Assembly (NCBI GenBank): GCA_041946735.1
Contig: JBHGAY010000010.1
Span: 75,530 to 139,529, forward strand
DNA: 64,000 bases
Source: Candidatus Eiseniibacteriota bacterium
Lineage (GTDB): Bacteria > Eisenbacteria > RBG-16-71-46 > CAIMUX01 > VGJL01
Direction: 5' to 3'
Shown here: positions 29,029 through 38,339 of the stretch, piece after piece
How the letters are laid out: each line of letters opens with the position of its first letter
Numbering within the stretch: the stretch's first letter is position 1
The notes under the pieces: generated by a model
The model's database searches: none
What the model was told of the DNA's origin: nothing
What the model saw: the letters and a program-made list of their open reading frames with translations, nothing else
Made by a program: the position numbers and the translations under genes

Positions 29029-29115
29029 TCTGCTCTGCTCTCCGCTCTGCTCGCCTGAAGAAGCTCGAGCGACTCTCGAGTTCCAGGCCCCAGCGCCGGC
29101 GATCGGCTCTCGCGT

Positions 29116-30015
29116 CTACCGTTCCGGCGAGCGCCCGCCGCGCCGGTAGCCCCGCTCGCTGCGGACGCCCCGGCTGCTGCTACCGCTGCCGCTGCTGCCG
29201 ACGCCGCCGCCGCTGCCGACCGGGTAGACGTTCTCTCCCGGCAACCAGTACTTCTCGCGCGCGTAGTGCGCGTAGAGCCGGTCCTCGTAGTCCCGCGTCG
29301 GTGGAGCGGAGCGATCGTAGATGGGGGAAGAGGCGATCGTCTCCCGCTTCAGATCCACGTGCACGCGCTCGTCCGTCCAGCGGATCTCCTTGATCCAGGC
29401 GGGAGCGATCAGCACGTCGTGCCCCGAGAACCAGCCGCCGGTGTCGGCCACCAGGTAGCGGACGATCCACATGTTCTCGTCGATCAGGAAGTCGCGCACG
29501 TGGCCGATCTCCCCGTCTTCCGCCTCGATCCGGTACCCGTCGACCTCCTTCGCGCCGCGCAAGTGAGGATCGCCTTTCTCCTCCTCCTCTTTCACGGATT
29601 CCCACATCGGAGGCTCCTTCTCGTCCGGGCGCTCCCCGCTCGCCACGCGATCCGGATAGAGACCGAGCGTGCGCGCGCTCGCGAGCGACGAGCCTCCCCA
29701 ATAGAGGGGCCAGCCGTAGTACATGTGAAGGGCGATCTCGTGCTGCCGCTCGACCGGCCTGTCGGTGTCGATGTCCGGCGCGTTGCGGATCTGCTCGCGC
29801 GTCAGCCGCGACGGCATCGCCTTCTCCCCGCTTCGCGGACGTTCGAAGGACGACGGGACGAGGAGAACCTTGCGACCCGGAAGCCAGCTTCCCGTGTCGA
29901 CGACCAGATAGCGCACATCCCAAGTTGCATCATCGAAGTAGAGATCGTCGACGGACCCGATCTCGCCGTCACGGGCCGCGATGTGGAAATGCTTGAGGTG
30001 CTCGAACGAGAGCAT
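29116..30015 (-). CDS. Tandem PRC-barrel domain protein
   Basis: Two copies of A.DGEIG.V.D...D...W.VRYLV.DTG.W. RBS AAGGAGG. Confidence 0.9.
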   Translation of the reverse strand: MLSFEHLKHFHIAARDGEIGSVDDLYFDDATWDVRYLVVDTGSWLPGRKVLLVPSSFERPRSGEKAMPSRLTREQIRNAPDIDTDRPVERQHEIALHMYYGWPLYWGGSSLASARTLGLYPDRVASGERPDEKEPPMWESVKEEEEKGDPHLRGAKEVDGYRIEAEDGEIGHVRDFLIDENMWIVRYLVADTGGWFSGHDVLIAPAWIKEIRWTDERVHVDLKRETIASSPIYDRSAPPTRDYEDRLYAHYAREKYWLPGENVYPVGSGGGVGSSGSGSSSRGVRSERGYRRGGRSPER

Positions 30016-30225
30016 TGTGGGCCTCCTTCCGGTGAATCGTCTTGCGCGCCCCTCTCCCGCCTTCCCCTTCCATTCCCTTCCTCTTCCTGTCCTCATCTCC
30101 TTCTTCCCATCGTAGGGCAGAGCATCGCCTCCGCTTCTCTCGCGCCGCGGACGATCGCATGCAGGCCTGGAAATGTGAGCCGCCGCCGGTTTCTTTTCCG
30201 GGTCGTGCAACATGAACTTTCTTGC

Positions 30226-30241
30226 CGGCATGAACCGTGCG
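30226..30241 (+). promoter_or_regulatory. Candidate sigma54 (-24/-12) promoter
   Basis: cGGcatgaaccgtGCg, i.e. GG-N10-GC, in an AT-richer intergenic patch. Confidence 0.3.
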
Positions 30242-30436
30242 TAATAATGTGGTGTGCGAAGGGTCGTGGTGGGGGCGGTGGTTCACTTTTCTGGGGGGAG
30301 GGCCCCGACGGGCCTTCCCCTCGGAATCCGGCAAAGCCGGCGCCCCGCCGGCTACGCCGACTTTCCTCGAATCCAACGCCCGCGCAAGCTTCCTGGGAAC
30401 GGTCTCGGAGGGCAGGGAACCGTTCGGGGGTCGATC

Positions 30437-31441
30437 ATGCGCGCTGCGTCTCGTGTTTCCTCGATTCTCCTCTTCGCCGCGACGCTCCTCTTCGCCGGGG
30501 TTCTCTCTGCGCAGCCTGCGCTAGACGGAGCGGGCGGAGACGCGCTCGCCTCCAATCCGCGACCTGGAGATTCGCAGAGACCTGCCTCCGCCGACTCGAT
30601 CGGCGATCCGCAGCCCGCCGTGTCGGCCGCGACGCAGGCCAATCCCGACTGGAACACGCTGCTCATGCGCTGCACCTTCAAGATCGAAGGGGATGGCGCC
30701 CAGAGGATCGTGTACGGCACGGCGTTCGTGCTTCGGGACCCGATCCCTGGAGATCCCACGGGATTCCGCAACGTGCTCGTGACGGCCCGCCATGTGCTCG
30801 CCTCGATGGTCGGCAACGATGCGATTCTCTACATGCGCGCCGCCGGCCCCGCGGGATCGGAGATGAAGATCCGTCATCACGTGCCGATCCGTCGCGACGG
30901 GCAGCCGCTCTGGGTCGGACACCCGGATCCGAACGTCGACGTGGCGGCCCTCGTGATCCCGCTTCCTCTCGACGCGGACGTCCCGATCGTCACGACTGAC
31001 GCGCTGGCGACCGACGATGCGCTTGCAACGTTCGGCATCCATCCCGGAGACGAGCTGTTCTGCCTCGGCTATCCGTACGGGACCGAGGCGAACGAGGCGG
31101 GCTATCCGATTCTTCGCAGCGGCAAGATCTCCTCGTACCCGATCGTGCCGACGAGCCGGTACGGCTCCTTTCTCTACGACTTCGCGGTGTACCCGGGGAA
31201 CAGCGGGGGACCCGCCTATTTCGTTCAGTCCGACAGGGCGCTTCCGGACGGGACCCGTTCCACCCAGCCGATCGCGTTCATCGCCGGAGTCGTCGTCGGC
31301 GAGCGCGTCAAGATCGAGGACGCGAAGACGTCCGGGGAATCCGAGGCGGTCTCGACCTTAGGCCTCGCTCGTGTCGTCCCATCTACGTTCGTCCGGGAAA
31401 CGATTCGCAGACTCCTGCTTGGACGCGGCGAGCTGCGCTGA
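30437..31441 (+). CDS. Secreted trypsin-like serine protease
   Basis: Signal peptide and catalytic triad motifs VTARHV, DVAAL, PGNSGGP. Confidence 0.85.
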   Translation: MRAASRVSSILLFAATLLFAGVLSAQPALDGAGGDALASNPRPGDSQRPASADSIGDPQPAVSAATQANPDWNTLLMRCTFKIEGDGAQRIVYGTAFVLRDPIPGDPTGFRNVLVTARHVLASMVGNDAILYMRAAGPAGSEMKIRHHVPIRRDGQPLWVGHPDPNVDVAALVIPLPLDADVPIVTTDALATDDALATFGIHPGDELFCLGYPYGTEANEAGYPILRSGKISSYPIVPTSRYGSFLYDFAVYPGNSGGPAYFVQSDRALPDGTRSTQPIAFIAGVVVGERVKIEDAKTSGESEAVSTLGLARVVPSTFVRETIRRLLLGRGELR

Positions 31442-31645
31442 GGCGTTCCGTGAGACGCTGACCTCCGCATCCAGGCCGGGCGGCCCGAACGCCGATTTCG
31501 GGAGGGGTGCCGGGACGGCGGGATCTGGCCAGCGAAGGGGGAACCTGATAGCCTGCCGTCAAGCGGGCCGGAACATCCCCCAGGGCCCGAGCGCGCGGCC
31601 GCGAGGCGGCCGCCATGGATTCCCACCCGACAGATAGGAGGCCCA

Positions 31646-33205
31646 TTGGGCTTCGACGATCCCTCCGAACAGCAGGGGAGAGAACCGGGACGGAGCAGCC
31701 GGATGCCGGACAGGCATCGAGACCGCCGTCGCCGCGCCCGGCCGACCACCGACAGGACCGAGGAAACCCACCCTGGCAGCTCCGCCGAGCTGGAAGGACC
31801 GATGGTCGGCCCCATCGAACGCCGCGAAGGTCCGCGGGGCAACGGAGCCTCTGGCGCCGGTCGTGAGCATCCCCGGTCTCGCGCCCGGGCCCACGACCGG
31901 GAGCGAAACCGCGCGGGCGACCAGGAGCGCGACCGAGACCGCAACCGCTCCGCTGACCAGGACCGCGACCACCGGGCGCGCGAGCAGGGCGGCGGCCGCA
32001 ACCACCATGCCGGCCGCCAAGGAGGCCGTGAGCCGAATGCCGGCCGCCAAGCAGGCCGCGAGCCGAATGCCGGCCGCCAAGCAGGCCGCGAGTCGAATGC
32101 CGGTGGCCATCGCGAACGCGAGCAGCGAGGCGACCGCGGCCGGGACAGGGGTCGCGCCACCGGCGAGCCCGCCCGCGCTCCGCTGAACGCACGCCGGCAT
32201 CGGCCCTCCGGCGGGAACGGCGTGGCCCCGGCCGCCGGGGACCGCGCCCACCGCGGATCGGGACGCCGCTCGTACGCGAGCGAACGCGGACCGGCGGCAC
32301 GCGGGAGGGGAGGCGACCGGCGTGGAGCGCGACGCGACCTGGACGACCTCTTCCGCCAGCTGCAGCGAGGGACCAGCGTCGACCCGCACGAGTGGCTCCG
32401 CCTGGAGACGGAGCCGGGCGCCATCTCGATGCGCGCGATGGACCTGATCGCTCCGATCGGCAAGGGGCAACGCTGCCTGATCGTCGCTCCGCCGAAGGCG
32501 GGCAAGACCACCTTCCTGATGGACGTCGCTCATGCGATCGAGCGCAACCATCCGGAGGTCAGCGTCTACGCCTTGCTCGTCGACGAGCGGCCCGAGGAGG
32601 TGACGCATTTCCGGCGCGGCGTCCGCGCAGAGGTCTACGCCGCTTCGTCCGATCTTTCCGCGAAAGAGCACGTCGAGAAGGCCGAGGAGGCGATGCGGGT
32701 CATTCTCGAACGGGTTCTCGCCGGGGAGGACGTCCTCCTCCTGCTCGATTCGATCACGCGTCTCGCGCGCGCCTACAACAACGTGGTCGAAGGGACCGGC
32801 CGCACCCTGACCGGAGGACTCGATGCGGGGACGATGCAGGCGCCGCGGCAGGTGTTCGGCGCCGCGCGCAAGATCGAGGAAGGCGGGAGCCTCACGATCC
32901 TCGGCACCGCGCTCATCGATACCGGCTCGCGTATGGACGAAGTGATCTTCCAGGAGTTCAAGGGGACGGGGAACACCGAGCTGGTCCTATCGCGCGAGCT
33001 GTTCGAGAGGCGGATCTTCCCCTGCATCGACATCGCGAAGAGCGGCAGCCGCAAAGAGGAGAAGCTCGTCGATCCTCAGCTCCTCCCGAAGCTTCACCTG
33101 CTGCGCCGCGTTCTCGCCGGCAAGAAGGCCGACGAGGCGATGAACGGGCTGCTCGGGCTGTTGCAGCGATTCCCGACGAACCGGGAGCTGCTCCTCGGGA
33201 TCTGA
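31646..33205 (+). CDS. rho: Rho-family transcription termination factor with atypical N-terminus
   Basis: PIGKGQR, PPKAGKT, DERPEEV, LDSITRLARAYN, GRTLTGGLD, DTGSRMDEVIFQEFKGTGN. TTG start after GGAGG. Confidence 0.9.
   Translation: MGFDDPSEQQGREPGRSSRMPDRHRDRRRRARPTTDRTEETHPGSSAELEGPMVGPIERREGPRGNGASGAGREHPRSRARAHDRERNRAGDQERDRDRNRSADQDRDHRAREQGGGRNHHAGRQGGREPNAGRQAGREPNAGRQAGRESNAGGHREREQRGDRGRDRGRATGEPARAPLNARRHRPSGGNGVAPAAGDRAHRGSGRRSYASERGPAARGRGGDRRGARRDLDDLFRQLQRGTSVDPHEWLRLETEPGAISMRAMDLIAPIGKGQRCLIVAPPKAGKTTFLMDVAHAIERNHPEVSVYALLVDERPEEVTHFRRGVRAEVYAASSDLSAKEHVEKAEEAMRVILERVLAGEDVLLLLDSITRLARAYNNVVEGTGRTLTGGLDAGTMQAPRQVFGAARKIEEGGSLTILGTALIDTGSRMDEVIFQEFKGTGNTELVLSRELFERRIFPCIDIAKSGSRKEEKLVDPQLLPKLHLLRRVLAGKKADEAMNGLLGLLQRFPTNRELLLGI
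32007..32103. repeat. 30-bp in-frame tandem repeat (about 3 copies, AGRQAGREPN) inside the rho N-terminus
   Basis: atgccggccgccaag(g/c)aggccg(t/c)gag(c/t)cga repeated. Confidence 0.85.
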
Positions 33206-33303
33206 GGATCGCCGGACGGGCGGATGGGCCAATCGGCCGACCGCCGGATAGACGGATCGCCGGATCGTGACATGACGAACCGCCGCTGTTCTCGGCCCCT
33301 CGC

Positions 33304-34359
33304 CTACGCGCAGATTCGGATCCGCCCGGTCCCCGCGCGCGACGCGACCCGTCCGATCTGCACCGCCGTCAGCACCCCCCGGTTGCGGAACGCCTGTGCG
33401 AGATCGGCCGCCTGCGCTTCGGCGACGGCGATCAGCAGCCCGCCCGAGGTCTGCGGATCGAAGAGCAGGTCGTCGAGCGCCTCGTCGATCCAAACGCTCC
33501 TCTCCAGGAACGGCTCGACGTAGCGACGGTTCGCGTTGAGGCCGCCCGGCTTGTGTCCCGCCTTGGCGTGGTCGAACGACCCCGGCAGCAGCGGGACGGA
33601 GGAGGCGTCGATCTCGGCATCGACTCGCGAGGCGCGAACGAGCTCGAGGAGGTGCCCGAGGAGTCCGAATCCGGTGACGTCGGTGCAGGCATGGACCCCC
33701 ACGATCTGCATCGCTTCCGCGGCCGCGCGGTTCAGCTCCTTCATCGACGAAACGGCGCCGCGCAGGTAGTCCGGCTCGAGCTCCCCTCGCTTCAACGCAG
33801 TCGTCAGCACGCCGGTCCCGATCGGCTTGGTCAGGAACAGCGCGTCGCCCTCGACCGCGGCGGCGTTGGTGAGAACCCGATCCGGATGGATCGTTCCGGT
33901 GACCGAAAGGCCGTAGAAAAGCTCCGGCGCCTTGACCGAATGTCCGCCGACCAGCACGGCGCCCGCATCGTGGACGACATCGTGGCCGCCTCGCAGGATC
34001 GCGGCGAGCGTCTCCCAGGGAAGCTCTCCCTGCGGCCACCCGACGACGTTCATCGCCGTCCGGGGGATTCCTCCCATCGCGTAGACGTCGGAGAGCGAGT
34101 TGGCGGCCGAGATCGCGCCGAAGTCGTACGGGTCGTCGACGATCGGCGTGAAGTAGTCGACCGTCTGGATGAGGGCGATCTCGGGCGTGAGACGATAGAC
34201 CCCGGCGTCATCGTGGGTCTCGGTTCCCACGAGCAGATCGGGATGTTCGTCCCTCGGAAGCGTGGCGAGCACCTGCTCCAGGTCCCCCGGAGCGATCTTC
34301 GACGCTCACCCCGCGCAGGCGGCCATCTCGGTGAGCCGCTTGTGCTGCTCGGCGCTCAC
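33304..34359 (-). CDS. selD: Selenide, water dikinase (selenophosphate synthetase), selenoprotein with Sec18
   Basis: RBS AAGGAGGAGG, GTG 34359, MSAEQHKRLTEMAACAG-TGA(34306-34308)-ASKIAP. Also DDAGVY, TVDYFTPIVDDP, NSLSDVYAMGG, TDVTGFGLLGH, DPQTSGGLL. Confidence 0.93.
34275..34293 (-). promoter_or_regulatory. Putative bacterial SECIS hairpin
   Basis: GCUCCGGG-GGA-CCUGGAGC starts 12 nt 3' of the in-frame UGA and has a G-rich apical loop. Confidence 0.7.
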
Positions 34360-34399
34360 GCCTCCTCCTTCCTGTTCTTTGCGACGGACCGTCCGCTCG

Positions 34400-34471
34400 T
34401 ATCGTACCCGTGAGACTTATCGTACCCGTGAGACCTATCGTACCCGTGAGACTTCTCGCACGCGTGCGACT
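34400..34471. repeat. 18-bp tandem repeat, 3 copies plus one degenerate copy, upstream of selD
   Basis: tatcgtacccgtgagac(t/c) x3, then tctcgcacgcgtgcgact. Confidence 0.9.
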
Positions 34472-34530
34472 TCCGCCGGGGAGATCGCCCGCCCGACTCG
34501 CCTGACCTTACCAGCCGCTTCGACCCCTCC

Positions 34531-35769
34531 TCAACGGGGGGCCGATCCCTCCGTCTCCGTCCCTGCATCGCCGGGCCGCGGCTCGAGGAAGAACTGCTCG
34601 AGACGATCGAGCAGCTCCTGCACGTCCGGCTGGCTCGTGCGCTTCGAGAGCGAGGAGACGATCGTCGTCCGAGTGGCGGACCCGAGGCCGGTCAGGTAGA
34701 AGAACGCCGCCGCCCGCGCAATGCGGGCCTTCTCTTCCGAACGGAGCGGCTGCTCCGGGTCTCCCGAGGCGACGTAGTTCAGGTCTTCCTGCACCTTGTC
34801 GAGGAGCCGCTGATGGATCGGCCGGTGGAACTCGGGATCGTAGGTGCCGCGGGAGGAGGCGCGCATGCGCACCGGAATCTGGCAGCAGTTCCCGCAGTCC
34901 GGCTCGCCGGTCACTCCCACTTCGGCGATGTAGCGGCAATCGCGCAGATAGTCGACGGCGAGATCGAGGGTCGGCCGCGACGGCTCCTCCGGATTCGCTT
35001 CGACCTGCTGCAGGAGCACCTTGCCGAGGCGCACTCCATAGGCGAGCGAGGCGGGATCGAGGATCGCCGGCCCCCCTTCCTTCACAGGATTCAGCTCGAT
35101 CAGGGCCAGGCTGGAGCATCCGAAGCCTGCGCAGGTGCAGAACCGGCTGAGCAGCACCTCGGGATTCCCGTCGTCGTCGAGGTCCAGGCCGCCGCTTCCA
35201 TCCCGGATCGACAGACGGCAAGCGTTGGGCCACCTCCCCAGCTCGTCCTCGGCCATCTCCGATGGGACTGCCTGCACCTCGGGGCTCTTCGGGGGCAGCA
35301 GCGCCACCTCCGCATTCCCGGTCGGAAGGAGGACGGCGAGCGTCGTCGTATCGCGCCCCGAGACTCGCTGGATCCGCGCGCGCGGAAGGGCGACCGCCGT
35401 TTCCCTCTCCTCGCCCCGGATCGTCCCGAGCGGCCGCGTCTCGATCACGATCCGCCATGAAGCCGCGCTCCCCGCGCCACCGGGAATCGCCGCCTGTTCC
35501 TGGAAGCGCCAGCTTCCCGGTCCGGGGATCCATTCGGCGGGACGGGGCAAAGCCCGCGCCGAGTCCGGAGCGCCGGGAGCCGGCTGCGAAGCCTCGCCGG
35601 CCGCTGACGAGGCCGCCGCTGCACCAGGCTGCGCGCCGGCCCCGCCGGCGGCGCGGGCGCCGCCGTGAGGATTGGCGAGCGTGGCGAACATGGGGAGTAT
35701 CGCGAGGAGAAGCGCCGCGACCATCGCGACGCGCGCGAACGAGGAGGTGAGCTTTCGTGGCACGGGCAT
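34531..35769 (-). CDS. Secreted or membrane-anchored hypothetical protein, Cys-rich
   Basis: Hydrophobic N-terminus, DLDDDGNPE, CTCAGFGC, DCGNCC. RBS GGAG. Confidence 0.65.
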   Translation of the reverse strand: MPVPRKLTSSFARVAMVAALLLAILPMFATLANPHGGARAAGGAGAQPGAAAASSAAGEASQPAPGAPDSARALPRPAEWIPGPGSWRFQEQAAIPGGAGSAASWRIVIETRPLGTIRGEERETAVALPRARIQRVSGRDTTTLAVLLPTGNAEVALLPPKSPEVQAVPSEMAEDELGRWPNACRLSIRDGSGGLDLDDDGNPEVLLSRFCTCAGFGCSSLALIELNPVKEGGPAILDPASLAYGVRLGKVLLQQVEANPEEPSRPTLDLAVDYLRDCRYIAEVGVTGEPDCGNCCQIPVRMRASSRGTYDPEFHRPIHQRLLDKVQEDLNYVASGDPEQPLRSEEKARIARAAAFFYLTGLGSATRTTIVSSLSKRTSQPDVQELLDRLEQFFLEPRPGDAGTETEGSAPR

Positions 35770-35945
35770 GCTCCATCTTGGGCGCGTGCGCAGCGGCGGT
35801 CAACCTCCGCCCCCAGGACGGCGAGACGCACGCTCTCGCACACTCGTGACCTCGATCCCGCCCTCCGATTCCACTCTGGCGACAGGACGGCCCGGAAGGC
35901 AAAATCCCGAGACGGCCACCGCGCCGGGAGGAAAGGATCGGATCG

Positions 35946-36920
35946 ATGTCCTCACTCGGGATTCTCTCGCGAGCCACCGCCGCCTGCGATCCGGCGATCC
36001 TCGGCGGGCTCGCCGCCGTCGTCGATCGCGCCGCCTTTCGATCGTCGGCGCGGCGGGCGGACATCTGGCGCGCCAATCTCGAATGGCTCGCGATCCCGCC
36101 GCCCGCGGCCGATCCGGGCGCGCCACGCCACGCTCGCCCGCCGCGCCTGCTGGCGAACCATCTGAGCATGCACGCCGAGACCCTGGCGATGCTCGCGGGA
36201 CGGCGATTCGACCTCGCGATCGCGGGGGAGGAGCACCTCCGAAGGGCGCTCGAGATCGCCGCGACCGGGAATGGTGCCGGGACCGCGAGTCGGGCCGCCA
36301 CCGGGAATGACGCCGGGACCGCGAATCGGGCCGCGACCGGGAGCCGGACCGGAGACGTGCACGGGGACGCGGCGCGCGGCGGCCTCGTGTTGGCCACCGC
36401 CCACGTCGGGAACTGGAACCTCGGAGCTCTCCTCGTCGCGGAGATCGCCGGCCGGCCGGTCCATTCCGTGGCCGGCGTGCAGATCCTTCCCGCGTGGACC
36501 GCTCCGCTTCGCCGCGCCTACCGGCGTCTCGGGATCCGCGTGCATCCCGGAGGGACCGACGCTCGCCGGCTGCTCGCGATCCTGCGCCGGGGCGGCATCG
36601 TCGGCCTCCACCTCGACGGCGACCAGCACCGAGGGCCGTCGCTCGCTTCGCGTGGCGTGGCGCTCCTCGCGCTGCGCTCGCGCTCCCCGATCCTGCCGGG
36701 AGTCTGCCATCGCCTCCCGCGCGGCCGCTTCCTCGCGCGCTTCCTGCCGCCGATCGTGCCGGCTCGGCCCGGCGAGCGGCCGGACCTCGATGGCCTGCAA
36801 CGGAGGATCGAGGAGGCGTTCCGCGCAATCGTCGCCTCCGCCCCGGAGCAGTGGATCCTTTTCCGTCCCCTCGGACCGCCGCCCGCAGCGCCGGCGCCGG
36901 AACGCTCATGCGCGTCCTGA
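35946..36920 (+). CDS. Lipid acyltransferase (LpxL/HtrB - PatA-like)
   Basis: GEEHL, GLVLATAHVGNWN, GIVGLHLDGD and PEQWILF motifs. Confidence 0.75.
   Translation: MSSLGILSRATAACDPAILGGLAAVVDRAAFRSSARRADIWRANLEWLAIPPPAADPGAPRHARPPRLLANHLSMHAETLAMLAGRRFDLAIAGEEHLRRALEIAATGNGAGTASRAATGNDAGTANRAATGSRTGDVHGDAARGGLVLATAHVGNWNLGALLVAEIAGRPVHSVAGVQILPAWTAPLRRAYRRLGIRVHPGGTDARRLLAILRRGGIVGLHLDGDQHRGPSLASRGVALLALRSRSPILPGVCHRLPRGRFLARFLPPIVPARPGERPDLDGLQRRIEEAFRAIVASAPEQWILFRPLGPPPAAPAPERSCAS
36258..36342. repeat. 36-bp in-frame tandem insertion in the acyltransferase
   Basis: Encodes AATGNGAGTASR / AATGNDAGTANR / AATGS. Confidence 0.8.
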
Positions 36921-38140
36921 TCGTCACGCAGTCGTACCGTCCCGTGCACGGCGGAATCGCCGAGCACGCACGCAACCTCGGCCTCGCCCTCTGCGCGCGC
37001 GGCCACGACGTGCGCGTGCTCACCTCCGGGCCGGCTCCCGCGCAGGGAGAGGACGAACCTTTCCCCGTCCTGCGGGTGGGACGGCGCTTCCACGTGCGAT
37101 CGAACGGCGCGCGCGCGAGCCTTGCCCTGCACGTCGCCTACCGGGAGGCGGTGCGGCCGATCGTGCGAAGCGCGGAGCTGATCCACGTCCATTCGCCCCT
37201 CGAGCCGTTCTTGCCATGGGCCGTGCTGAAGGAGGCACGAGTCCCGTGCATCGGCACCTTTCACAATGCGGGGGATCCTCACTGGGGATACCGGCTGCTC
37301 GGCCCGCTCCTAGCGCCGCTCGCCGCGCGCCTCACCGTTCGCACCGCCGTCTCGCGCTGCGCGGCAGCCTTCGCCGGCCGCCACTTTCCCGGCGAGTTCC
37401 TGCTCGTCCCGAACGGTGTCGATCCGGTCCGATTCCACCCTGCGGCGGAGGCCGGCCGCCGCCGACGTTCCGCGTCGCGCCCCGTCCTGCTCTTCGTCGG
37501 GCGCCTCGAACCGAGGAAGGGGATTCCCGTCCTGGTCGCCGCTGTGGAGAAGCTGCGCCGGGGCGGCGCTCGCTCGCCGCGCCTGATCGTCGTCGGGGAC
37601 GGTTCGCTCCGCGCGCGCCTCCATGATGCCGCGCGCCGCGCGCACATCGATCTCGACTGGCGAGGCGCGATCGGTCCCGCCGTACTTCCTGCCGTCTACC
37701 GCGAAGCGGACGTCTTCATCGCCCCCGCGCTTTCGGGTGAGTCGTTCGGGATCGTGCTGCTCGAAGCCTTGGCGAGCGGGCTGCCGGTCGTCGCTTCGCG
37801 AATCGAGGGATTCGAGGAGCTCCTGGGCGGCTGCTGCGCGGCGCGGCTCTTTCCCGCCGGAGATGCGGGAAGCCTGGCCCAGGAAGTCGAGGCCGAGCTG
37901 CGCGGCCTCGAGGCGGAAGCGAGCGCGGATGCCTCCGAGGCGCGCACCGCGACCGCGGCCCGGGCTTTCGCCCTGCGATATTCCTGGGACCGGGTGGCCG
38001 CAGCGACCGAGGAGGCCTACAGGGAGGCGCTCGGCGAAAACCTGGCCTCCGTTCCTCGCCTGATCTTCCAACACCTTGAAGGGAAAGAAGTTGCGATTCA
38101 TCCGGTATCGAGCCGCGAGACGGGCCGCGCCGGAGCCTGA
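36908..38140 (+). CDS. GT4 glycosyltransferase, PimA-like
   Basis: GGIAEH, IHVHSP, GTFH, VPNGVD, FVGRLEPRKG, GESFGIVLLEALASG. Confidence 0.85.
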   Translation: MRVLIVTQSYRPVHGGIAEHARNLGLALCARGHDVRVLTSGPAPAQGEDEPFPVLRVGRRFHVRSNGARASLALHVAYREAVRPIVRSAELIHVHSPLEPFLPWAVLKEARVPCIGTFHNAGDPHWGYRLLGPLLAPLAARLTVRTAVSRCAAAFAGRHFPGEFLLVPNGVDPVRFHPAAEAGRRRRSASRPVLLFVGRLEPRKGIPVLVAAVEKLRRGGARSPRLIVVGDGSLRARLHDAARRAHIDLDWRGAIGPAVLPAVYREADVFIAPALSGESFGIVLLEALASGLPVVASRIEGFEELLGGCCAARLFPAGDAGSLAQEVEAELRGLEAEASADASEARTATAARAFALRYSWDRVAAATEEAYREALGENLASVPRLIFQHLEGKEVAIHPVSSRETGRAGA

Positions 38141-38339
38141 CCGTTCGTTCGCCCGCGCGCCGCGACCTCCCCGCCAAGTCCCGCAATCTCTTTTGTTGCG
38201 CAAAATCGTCCGTGGGGTTATCCGATTCAAGAGCTTTGCGCGATTTCCGGGAGACCCCGGAAGGCTCTGGTTCCCGCCTCCCACGAAGGAACGTGCCGGA
38301 GGAGGGGTAGGCGCACAAACCTAGGTAGGGAGGAACGCT

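Noticed and set aside
30050..30110. Pyrimidine-rich tract upstream of the PRC-barrel gene (and C-rich tract 8684-8800)
   Set aside because: Low-complexity intergenic sequence with no supportable function.
34306..34308. selD as a pseudogene with a premature stop
   Set aside because: The UGA sits at the catalytic Cys/Sec position and is followed by a SECIS-like hairpin.
34400..34471. Possible CRISPR array (also 20284-20358 and 54399-54483)
   Set aside because: The repeats are contiguous, with no unique spacers, and there are no cas genes in the window.
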